Both the position numbers and the translations under genes were made by a program. Source: Spirochaetia bacterium (GTDB lineage Bacteria; Spirochaetota; Spirochaetia; SZUA-6; Bin103). From it: 64,000 nucleotides of DNA. The notes under the pieces are model-generated. The model made no database searches. It saw only the letters and a program-made list of their open reading frames with translations, and was not told the DNA's origin. The stretch is taken from assembly GCA_965203055.1 (NCBI GenBank), contig OZ241863.1, positions 3,872,001 to 3,936,000 on the forward strand, read 5' to 3'. Below are positions 52,691 to 64,000 of this stretch, piece by piece. The first letter of the stretch is position 1, and each line of letters starts with the position of its first letter.

Positions 52691-54148
52691 ATGCAAGCGA
52701 CCATGACGCTTCTACCGCTGCGCCGGCTGGCGGGCAGACCCTGGACCCGGCGCGCGCGGACCGCCGTGCTCTCGCCCCTCCTGCTGCTCATGACCGTGGC
52801 GCCGCACGCCATGGCGCAGGAGGAGGATGAGCAGGCTCGCCAATTCGTCGGGATGTTCGCGGAGGTGTTCGAATTCATCCGCGACAACTACGTCGACGAA
52901 ACCAGCGTCGATCCCGAGCTGCTCATCGAAGGCGCCCTGGACGGCATGTTCGAGGCGCTCGACGACCCCTACTCCGCCTATATCCGGCCGGACGAAGTGG
53001 TGGAGATTACCGATCTGACGCGGGGCGAGTTCGGCGGCGTAGGGATGTACGTGGCGGCGCACAGCGACGGCGGCGTGGAGGTGATCTCGCCGATCGAGGG
53101 CCAGCCCGCCTATCGGGCGGGGGTCCGGGCCGGGGACCTGATCGTGGCGGTCGACGGCGAATCGGCGCTGGAGTTCGAGGTCAGCGACATCATCACCCGC
53201 CTGCGCGGGACGCCGGGCACCACCGTGAACGTCACGTTTCGGCGCCACGGCACCGTTACCTTCGAAGTCGCCATCGAACGGGCCATGATCGAAGTGGTCA
53301 CCGTGCGGCACGCGTTCATCGACGACGCCATCGGCTACCTGCGCATCAGCCAGTTCACCCGCCTCACCCCGGAACGGGTGGCGCAGGCGCTGCGGGAGTT
53401 GCAGGGCGCCGCCGGACTGATCGTCGATCTGCGCAGCAATCCGGGCGGGCTGCTCTCCGCGGTGGTGCAGGTGGCCGACTACTTCCTCTCCTCGGGGGTG
53501 ATCGTCGCGACCCGCTCGCGGGTGGAGGCCGAGAATCAGGTCCACACCGCCGCGCAGCACACCACGGTGGTGGACGCCGGGCTGCCGCTGGTGGTGCTGA
53601 TCGACCGCGGCTCGGCCTCGGCGTCCGAGATCCTGGCGGCCGCGCTCGGCGAGAACGACCGCGCCTGGCTGCTCGGCGAGCAGACCTACGGCAAGGGCTC
53701 GGTGCAGCAGGTACGCCACTTCGACGAGCGCGCCGTGAAGGTGACCACGGCGCGCTATCTTACGCCCAGCGGCGCCAGCATCGACTCGGTCGGCGTGACC
53801 CCGCATCAGGAGCTGGCCGAACCGGAGCGCTCGGAGGAGGAGAAGGCGGAGCTGGAGGAGCTGTTCGAGAGTGGCCGGCTGCGCGCCTTCGTGCGCGAAA
53901 CCCCGCAGCCGAGCGCCGCGCAGAGCGAGACCTTCGTCGCCGAGCTGCAGCGCTCGGGGGTAGAACTGGACGCCGACCTGCTGCGGCGCCTGATCCACGA
54001 TGAAGTGCGCCGCGCCATGCCGGCGCCTCCGGTATACGATCTGCGCTACGACCTGGTGCTGCAGGAGGCGGTCCGCCTCCTGCAGCAGGGACTGGTACCG
54101 GCCCGCGCCGCGCAGCAACGGCGCGAACCCGCCGCGGCCGCCTCCTGA
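52691..54148 (+). CDS. ctpA: S41 carboxyl-terminal processing protease (PDZ)
   Basis: LDDPYS, GEFGGVG, DLRSNPGG, SASASEI, TYGKGSVQ. Confidence 0.92.
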   Translation: MQATMTLLPLRRLAGRPWTRRARTAVLSPLLLLMTVAPHAMAQEEDEQARQFVGMFAEVFEFIRDNYVDETSVDPELLIEGALDGMFEALDDPYSAYIRPDEVVEITDLTRGEFGGVGMYVAAHSDGGVEVISPIEGQPAYRAGVRAGDLIVAVDGESALEFEVSDIITRLRGTPGTTVNVTFRRHGTVTFEVAIERAMIEVVTVRHAFIDDAIGYLRISQFTRLTPERVAQALRELQGAAGLIVDLRSNPGGLLSAVVQVADYFLSSGVIVATRSRVEAENQVHTAAQHTTVVDAGLPLVVLIDRGSASASEILAAALGENDRAWLLGEQTYGKGSVQQVRHFDERAVKVTTARYLTPSGASIDSVGVTPHQELAEPERSEEEKAELEELFESGRLRAFVRETPQPSAAQSETFVAELQRSGVELDADLLRRLIHDEVRRAMPAPPVYDLRYDLVLQEAVRLLQQGLVPARAAQQRREPAAAAS

Positions 54149-54192
54149 ATCTCCGCGCCGGCTGCCGCGCCCCGCGCGCGCCGGGTTGAGGG

Positions 54193-55041
54193 ATGCGTCA
54201 GTTCCTGCTGCCGGCGGCGCGCCCCGGCGCCGAGGTGGAGGTGGCCGGCGCCGACTTTCACCACCTGGTACGGGTGCGGCGGCTGGCCGCCGGCGCCGCG
54301 CTCATCGTGGTGGACGCGGCCGGCGCGCGCTACCGGGCCACCGTGACGCAGGTGGCGGAGCGCTCCCTGCGCCTCACCATCGGCGGCCCCGCGGCGGCGC
54401 CCGGCGGCGGACCGCCCGCCGGCTGCCGGCTGGCGTTGATCCAGGCGCTGCCCCGGGGCGCGCTGATGGACCGGATCGTCCGCCAGGCTACCGAGTTGGG
54501 AGCGGCCGCCATCGTGCCGGTAGTCGCGGCGCGCACCCAGGGACGGCCCGCGCCCGCGGCGCTGGCGCGCATGCGGGCGCGCTGGCAGCGCATCGCCCGC
54601 CAGGCCGCGCAGCAGAGCGGCGCGCCGGCGCCGCTGATCGGTGAGCCGCAGGCGCTGGCGCAGTACCTGCGGCAGCGCCCGCCGGCCGCGCTGGAGTTGC
54701 TGTTCCACCCCGGCGCGGCGCCGCTGCATGAGGTTGCTGATGGGGGCCGGGGCGCGGCGCCCGGCCTGGAGGTGCGCTGCGCCGTGGGGCCCGAAGGCGG
54801 CTTCTCGGCGGCCGAGCAGGAGTTGTTTCGCGCCTGCGGCTTTCGCTGCGCCGGCCTGCCGGCGGCGGTGCTGCGCGTGGACACCGCCGCGGTGGCGGCG
54901 CTGGCGGCGACCGGTCAGTTGCTGGCCGCGGCCGCAGCCGCCTGTCGGCCGCCCGCGCCGCCGCCGGCGCAGCCCTGCGCGGCCCCCCGCCGGACCGCCG
55001 GCGCGGCCGGACGGCAGCCGCATTTGCCCGCCCCGCAGTAA
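54193..55041 (+). CDS. rsmE: 16S rRNA m3U1498 methyltransferase
   Basis: HHLVRVRR, QATELG, VGPEGGFS, LRVDTA. Confidence 0.9.
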   Translation: MRQFLLPAARPGAEVEVAGADFHHLVRVRRLAAGAALIVVDAAGARYRATVTQVAERSLRLTIGGPAAAPGGGPPAGCRLALIQALPRGALMDRIVRQATELGAAAIVPVVAARTQGRPAPAALARMRARWQRIARQAAQQSGAPAPLIGEPQALAQYLRQRPPAALELLFHPGAAPLHEVADGGRGAAPGLEVRCAVGPEGGFSAAEQELFRACGFRCAGLPAAVLRVDTAAVAALAATGQLLAAAAAACRPPAPPPAQPCAAPRRTAGAAGRQPHLPAPQ

Positions 55042-55060
55042 CCGGATAAGGTGGCGAATC

Positions 55061-56233
<1,173 letters not shown>

Positions 56234-56256
56234 TATAATAGGAGCGGATTGACGAA

Positions 56257-56637
56257 ATGGCAGACCCTGCAAAGATCGAAAGCTTTCTGCTCTCCCTGTC
56301 GCTTACCTACGAAGAAGTGGGCGACCAGACCTGGGTGATCAACGACGACGAAAAGGGCCTCGAGAACGTCCTCGTGATCCTCGCGCACCCGGTGGTCATC
56401 ATCCGGGTCAAGGTGATGGCCATTCCCGCCACGGAACGGGAACGGTTCTTCGAGCAACTGTTGCGGCTGAATCAGTCGGACATGATTCACGGCGCCTACG
56501 CGCTGGAGGGCGACGACGTGATCCTGCTCAACACCCTGGTCGGAGAGACGCTCGACCTCGAGGAATTCCAGGCGACCCTGGACGCGATCGGACTCGCCCT
56601 GGCCCAGCACTACCAGATGCTGGCCGGGTACCGCTAG
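56257..56637 (+). CDS. YbjN/CesT-like (type III chaperone fold) protein
   Basis: small acidic protein, FFEQLLRLN..MIHGAYAL, LDLEEFQATLDAI; TATAAT at 56234 and AGGAG upstream. Confidence 0.72.
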   Translation: MADPAKIESFLLSLSLTYEEVGDQTWVINDDEKGLENVLVILAHPVVIIRVKVMAIPATERERFFEQLLRLNQSDMIHGAYALEGDDVILLNTLVGETLDLEEFQATLDAIGLALAQHYQMLAGYR

Positions 56638-56657
56638 GAGAGAGAGGAGGCCACCGG

Positions 56658-57365
56658 ATGGGATTGTTCAAGCGCTTCCAGCGCGTAGTGCGCTCCAACA
56701 TCAACGACATGATCAGCAAGGCGGAGAATCCGGAGAAGATGCTCAACCAGTTGATCGTGGAGATGAACGAGCAGCTCATCGACTCCAAGAAGAGCGTGGC
56801 GTCGGCCATCGCCGACGAGAAGCGGCTGCAGCGCCAGCTTCTGGAGCAGCGCCGCAGCGCCGACCTGTGGGAGCAGCGGGCGATGGATGCGGTGCGCGCC
56901 GGCAAGGACGATCTGGCCAAGCAGGCGCTGGTCCGCAAGCAGGAACACGCCGACTACGCGGCCGACTACCAGAAGCAGTACGACGCCCAGCACACCTCGG
57001 TGGAGCAGCTCAAGGACTCGTTGCGCCATCTCCAGCAGAAGATCGACGAAGCCAGCCGCAAGAAGAACCTGCTCCTCGCGCGCGCCAAGCGGGCGGAGGC
57101 GCAGCAACGTATTCAGGCCACCATCGGCGCGGCCCGCAACACCTCCGCCTTCGACGCCTTCGACCGCATGGCCGCCAAGGTGGAGCAGGCCGAGGCGGAA
57201 GCGGAGGCGACCGACGACCTGGCCAAGCTGGACGCCGGGGGCGCCGACCTGGAGCGCCAGTTCAAGGAGCTGGAAGGCGGCAGCGCGGACCAGCTGCTCG
57301 AAGACCTGAAGTCGAAGATGAAGCAGATCGAGGACAAGAGCTCCCCGGGAGACTCCCGCTCGTAG
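56658..57365 (+). CDS. pspA: PspA/IM30 family protein
   Basis: MGLFKRF..RSNIND..KAENPEKML.Q, coiled coil, AFDRM..KV. Confidence 0.93.
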   Translation: MGLFKRFQRVVRSNINDMISKAENPEKMLNQLIVEMNEQLIDSKKSVASAIADEKRLQRQLLEQRRSADLWEQRAMDAVRAGKDDLAKQALVRKQEHADYAADYQKQYDAQHTSVEQLKDSLRHLQQKIDEASRKKNLLLARAKRAEAQQRIQATIGAARNTSAFDAFDRMAAKVEQAEAEAEATDDLAKLDAGGADLERQFKELEGGSADQLLEDLKSKMKQIEDKSSPGDSRS

Positions 57366-58069
57366 GAGCCCGGCGGCGCCCGCAGGCGCGGGGCCGGCGC
57401 CGGGCCGCGCGGCGATGACCGATTCGGCGGACCTCGCAAGGGTGCTGTTCGTGTCGCAGGATCCGCTGCTCGACGCGCGCCTGCGCCGCGTCCGGAGCGG
57501 CGCGCGGCGCGGCCGCGGCGGCTTCCGGCTGCTGCTGGCCCGAGAGTTCGACCCGCACCTCGACGTCGCCCTGTTCATCCTGCCGGCGGCGGCCACCAAC
57601 ACGATACTGGCGCCCGACGGGCGCCTGGCGCTGCCGGTGCTGGCCTACGGCCCGGAGCAGGGGCTGGCCGGCGCGCTGCTGCGCGGCTGCGTCGATTACC
57701 TGCGCGACCCGTGGACGTTGACCGAGCTGGAGCTGCGGGTCAGCCGCTGGCTGGAGGGGCGCCCGGCGGCGCGGCGCTTCGGCGGCGGCCTGCGGCTCGA
57801 CGGCACCACCCTGCAGGGGCCGGCCGGCGCGGTGGCGCTGTCGGTAGCCGAGACGCGGCTGCTGGGGATGCTGCTGGACAACGCCGGCCGGGTCACCAGC
57901 CGCGAAGCCCTGTTCTACCGGCTGTGGGGCAGGCAGCCCGACCCGCCCAGCCGGGTGGTGGACGTGCACGTGGCCGCGCTGCGCCGCAAGTGCCGCCGCG
58001 CCGGCGGCCGCGGCCTGACCATCAGCGCGGTGCGCGGCGAAGGCTACCTGCTGGCCGCCGCCGACGGCG

Positions 58070-60352
<2,283 letters not shown>

Positions 60353-60462
60353 TGGTGCCTCGCAGTGAAGTTCGCCCACGCTGTCCGCCCTCCCGTGGCA
60401 CTGCGCGCAGCGCGGGAGGCGCCGGAACAGGAGCATGGCAGCAGGGGTGTGGGGTTCGCATC

Positions 60463-60561
60463 TAAGGTAGTGCCGGCGCGTGGTTGGCGTCAAACCAACG
60501 AAGTAGCGGCAAAGTAGCGGCAAGGGCACGAATTGACGGATTCCGGCCCGGCCCCTATGGT
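60463..60561. promoter_or_regulatory. Divergent promoters with an 11-bp tandem direct repeat between them
   Basis: minus TTGACG-N18-TACCTT; plus TTGACG-N17-TATGGT; AAGTAGCGGCA x2 at 60501-60522. Confidence 0.6.
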
Positions 60562-60568
60562 GCGCCGG

Positions 60569-61045
60569 GTGCGGGCACGGATCACGTTGCGCTCCAATCC
60601 GCGCGTGCTGATCCCCGTCGCCGCGGCGGCGGGGCTGGTGGCGGGAGCGGTACTGCTGGCGGCGCTGGTGCAGATCGTAGCGGGGGGCTTGGCGCTGCTG
60701 CTGACCGGTTACTTCGGCTACCGCATCGTGCGCTTCGTCAGCAAGCAGCTCGCCAGTTACGTCGCCGCCGACGCCGGCGGGGTGACGATTTGCGAGTACG
60801 GCGAGGAGACCCATCACTACCCGTGGGAGCAGGTTACCTGCGCCGGGCACGCCCGCGCCGCGGACGGCGGCGAGCTGCTCTACGTGTACGTGGAACGCGA
60901 CGACCGCCTGGTCACCATCTCCCCGGAGTTCGAGAACTTCCGGCCGCTGCGGGGCGAGTTGCAGCGCTACCTCCCCGCCGCCGACCTGGAGCTGGCGGCC
61001 GGCGAGTCGCTGGCCGACCGGCTGCGCCGGCGCCTCTCGACGTAA
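60569..61045 (+). CDS. Hypothetical membrane protein (two TM helices + PH-like domain)
   Basis: hydrophobic N-half, then GVTI..YPWEQV; start GTG 60569 or ATG 60557. Confidence 0.7.
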   Translation: MRARITLRSNPRVLIPVAAAAGLVAGAVLLAALVQIVAGGLALLLTGYFGYRIVRFVSKQLASYVAADAGGVTICEYGEETHHYPWEQVTCAGHARAADGGELLYVYVERDDRLVTISPEFENFRPLRGELQRYLPAADLELAAGESLADRLRRRLST

Positions 61046-61055
61046 GGAGGAGCGG

Positions 61056-64000
61056 ATGTCGCTTGAAGAGCGGGCGAAGGAGTGGCCGGCGCAGTGGCTG
61101 CGGGAAGGCCGCGCGCAGGATACGCGGTTGATCGAGCGGTGGCTGCCGATCGCGGCGCTTGGGATCGAGAGTATCCGCGAGCGGACGCCGATGACCCCGT
61201 TCCCGGCGCCGAACCGGTTGCACGTGTGGTGGGCGCGGCGGCCGTTGGTGGCGTCGCGGGCGGCGGTGCTGGCGTCGCTGCTGCCGGCGGACGCGGACCG
61301 GGATAGGTTTCTGCATGTGCTCGGCATCCACGGCGACCCGGTGGCCACGCGCCGCCGGATCGACGCCGCCAAGAGATCGGGGAACCGATTCAAGGGGCAG
61401 GCTTACAGCTATCCGCGCGCGTTTGGTTACGCGCCGGGGCAAACGGATCAGGAGTGGTTGCGTACCGCTCTCGAGACGCCGCTGAGTGAGTGCAACATCC
61501 TCGATCCTGCGGCAGGAGGCGGCAGCATCCCCTTCGAGACGATACGGCTCGGAGCGGCGGCTATCGCCAACGATCTCAATCCGGTGTCGGCGCTGATAAT
61601 GGATGCTTCGGTGAAGTGGCCTTCCTCATTCGGCTCGGATCTCCACCGCGAGTTCGATGACCTGTCGAAGCGGTTCATTGCGGCGAGAGAAGATCGCCTT
61701 GCCCCGTACTTCCCCAAGGAGGAAGGAACCAGGCCAAGACCGGATGATGTCGTCAATGCCATAGCCACCAACTTTCTGTGGGCGCGGACGGTGAGTTGTC
61801 CGTATTGCGGGGGGCGGGTGCCGCTGGCGCCGAACTGGCGGTTGGCGCCGGACGGGACGGGGGTGCGGCTGGAACCGCAGCCCGGCGGTGATTCAAGTAA
61901 TCCGAGTGCGCCGGGTGAGGCGCCGGGAGCGCCGGGGCGGGTGTGCCGGTTCGAGGTGGTGCATTCGGCGCGGGAGCAGGCGGCGGGGACGGTGGCACGC
62001 GGGGCGGGCAGCTGCCCGTGGCCGGATTGCGGGCGGGTGATCTCGGGCGACGAGATCAAGGCGCAGGCGCAGGCCGGAGCGATGGGCGAGCAACTGTTCG
62101 CGGTGGTCTACAAGGAACGGGTGAACACGTATACCAAGACCGGCCGCCGGCGCGAGAAGTGGGTGCGCCGCTACCGCGCGCCGCGCCCGGAAGACGACAA
62201 CGCCGCCGAGATAGCGGCGCGGCTGGCGGAGAAGCTGCCGGAGTGGGAGGCGTTCGACCTGGTGCCAAGCGAGCGGTTCTCGGAGGAGAGCAACGACGAT
62301 CGCCCGATCCAGTACGGCATGCCGCGCTGGCGGGACCTGTTCTCCCCGCGGCAGCTCCTGTGCCACGGCACCGGCGTAGAGGTGTTCCGCGAGTTGCTGG
62401 AAGCCGACCGCGCCGCCGGCGCGCTGACCCCGCTGCGCCAGGCCGCCTACGGCTTCCTGGCCCTCTCGCTCGACAAGACCCGTGACTACAACTCCCGCAT
62501 GACTCGCTGGCACGTAGGGCGCGAAGTAATGGTCAATACCTTCGACCGGCACGACTTCTCCTTCAAGTGGTCCTACGCCGAGATGGCGCCGCTGATCACC
62601 GGCCTGGGCTACGACTGGGCCATCCGCCAGACCGCCAAGTGCATCCGGGAACTGGTCGCCCTGGTGCGTCCCGGCGCCGGCGGCTCCGGTGCTCTAGGAG
62701 ATCTGTTCCCTGAGTCGGGCGCGCGGCCCGCCGTCACCATCACCTGCAAGCCGGGCGACAACCTCGACCATATCCCCGACGGCAGCGTCGACGCCGTGGT
62801 CATGGACCCGCCCTACTACGACAACGTGATGTACGCCGAGCTGTCCGACTTCTTCTACGTCTGGCTCAAGCGCACCGCCGGCCACGTCTTTCCCGCGCTG
62901 TTCCGCCGCCGCCTCACCGACAAGGAGAACGAGGCGGTCGCCAATCCCGCCCGGTTCCGCGGCCAGCCGGGCGCGCAGGCGCTCGCCGGGCGCGACTACC
63001 AGGAGCGGATGGCGAGCATCTTCGCCGAGATGCGCCGCGTGCTGAAATCCGACGGGGTGATGACGCTGATGTTCACCCACAAGGCGGCCGGCGCCTGGGA
63101 CGCGCTGACCACCGGGCTGATGGAGGCCGGCTTCGCGATCACCGCGTCATGGCCGATCAACACCGAGGCGGAGGGCAGCCTGCACGTGCGCAACAAGGCG
63201 GCTGCCAACAGCACCATCTTCCTGGCCTGCCGCCCGCGCACCGCGGCGCGCGAAGCGGACGAGACCCCGTACTACTGGGAAGACATCGAGCCTCGGGTAG
63301 CGGGCGCGGTGCGCGCCCGGGTGGCGGAGTATCAGGCGGCCGGCATCCGCGGGGTCGATCTCTACCTGGCCTGCTTCGGTCCTGCCCTGGAAGAATTCTC
63401 GCGCCACTGGCCGCTGGCGCGCGGCACGCCGCGCCCGGCGCCGCAGGAACGGCGGCGGGGCCGACGGCAGCCGGAGTTGGAGGCGGAGCGGGACCCCTAC
63501 GCGGTGAGCCCGGAAGACGTGCTGGACACCGCCCGGCGGGAGGTGAAGCGCTGGCGGCTGGAGCAGTTGACGCAGCGGCGGGCGGACGCCGACCTGGACC
63601 CTGCCACCGCCTTCTTCGTGCTGGCGTGGGACGCCTTCGAGGCGCCGGTGTTCGCCTACGACGAGGCGCTGCGGCTGGCGCGCGCGGTGGGCGTCGACCT
63701 GGAGCGGGAGGTGGTGGGCCGGCTGGCGGAGAAGCGCGGCAGCGACCTGCGGCTGTGGGACTCGACGCGGCGCGCCGCCGGCGGAGCGCTGGGGCCGCCC
63801 GACGGGGCGCGCGGCATGATCGACGCCGTGCACCACGCCGCCAACCTGGCGCGCACCCGCTCGCTCGACGATGCCCGCAAGCTGCTCGACGAGAAGCTGG
63901 GGACGCGCGAGGGGGCGTTCCTGACCGCGCTGGAAGCGGTGCTGGAAGTGCTGCCGGTCAGCAAGAGGTGGACCGGGATCGACCTGCCGGGAGAGGCGGC
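61056..64000 (+). CDS. DUF1156-domain adenine DNA methyltransferase (continues past right edge; absent from ORF track)
   Basis: [33 protein letters not shown] (SAM motif), Cys pairs, [12 protein letters not shown] in frame, MFTHK. Confidence 0.9.
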   Translation, partial: MSLEERAKEWPAQWLREGRAQDTRLIERWLPIAALGIESIRERTPMTPFPAPNRLHVWWARRPLVASRAAVLASLLPADADRDRFLHVLGIHGDPVATRRRIDAAKRSGNRFKGQAYSYPRAFGYAPGQTDQEWLRTALETPLSECNILDPAAGGGSIPFETIRLGAAAIANDLNPVSALIMDASVKWPSSFGSDLHREFDDLSKRFIAAREDRLAPYFPKEEGTRPRPDDVVNAIATNFLWARTVSCPYCGGRVPLAPNWRLAPDGTGVRLEPQPGGDSSNPSAPGEAPGAPGRVCRFEVVHSAREQAAGTVARGAGSCPWPDCGRVISGDEIKAQAQAGAMGEQLFAVVYKERVNTYTKTGRRREKWVRRYRAPRPEDDNAAEIAARLAEKLPEWEAFDLVPSERFSEESNDDRPIQYGMPRWRDLFSPRQLLCHGTGVEVFRELLEADRAAGALTPLRQAAYGFLALSLDKTRDYNSRMTRWHVGREVMVNTFDRHDFSFKWSYAEMAPLITGLGYDWAIRQTAKCIRELVALVRPGAGGSGALGDLFPESGARPAVTITCKPGDNLDHIPDGSVDAVVMDPPYYDNVMYAELSDFFYVWLKRTAGHVFPALFRRRLTDKENEAVANPARFRGQPGAQALAGRDYQERMASIFAEMRRVLKSDGVMTLMFTHKAAGAWDALTTGLMEAGFAITASWPINTEAEGSLHVRNKAAANSTIFLACRPRTAAREADETPYYWEDIEPRVAGAVRARVAEYQAAGIRGVDLYLACFGPALEEFSRHWPLARGTPRPAPQERRRGRRQPELEAERDPYAVSPEDVLDTARREVKRWRLEQLTQRRADADLDPATAFFVLAWDAFEAPVFAYDEALRLARAVGVDLEREVVGRLAEKRGSDLRLWDSTRRAAGGALGPPDGARGMIDAVHHAANLARTRSLDDARKLLDEKLGTREGAFLTALEAVLEVLPVSKRWTGIDLPGEA

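Noticed and set aside
60353..60460. Riboswitch in the hppA leader
   Set aside because: A GC hairpin exists but I could not match a known Na+ or c-di-AMP consensus; needs an Rfam scan.

Overview
Very GC-rich bacterial chromosomal window, probably from a Spirochaetota-like organism (inferred from an Msp/MOSP-like outer-sheath protein, a spirochaete-type SSB N-terminus and several spirochaete-type lipoproteins). Most of it is housekeeping: valS, clpS-clpA, rel, prmC-prfA, icd, trxA, a complete trp operon, ssb, ilvE, apgM, nth, pfk, tRNA-Val(CAC), lgt, a S41 protease, rsmE, pspA and hppA. The best novelty candidate is a ~1.6-1.7 kb element present twice (15941-17584 and ~40222-41956). Its only gene is a leaderless HNH nuclease with a palindrome-repeat-encoded linker. 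Upstream is a conserved region that folds on the opposite strand with G.U-compatible substitutions (candidate divergent ncRNA), and downstream is a variable (GGGACT)-like tail. Copy 1 is bracketed by an exact 10-bp direct repeat with short imperfect terminal inverted repeats, yet has no transposase. Copy 2 lies between a full Rpn (PD-(D/E)XK) gene and a duplicate of that gene's 3' half, which keeps the internal SD+GTG for the small antitoxin. Also notable: an unannotated Trp-Trp leader peptide/attenuator, a sigma54 activator lacking its DNA-binding domain next to pspA, a candidate ceramide synthase/reductase pair, a probable ACG start codon, and a DUF1156 methyltransferase running off the right edge. 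All calls are by eye from sequence and motifs; no searches were run.
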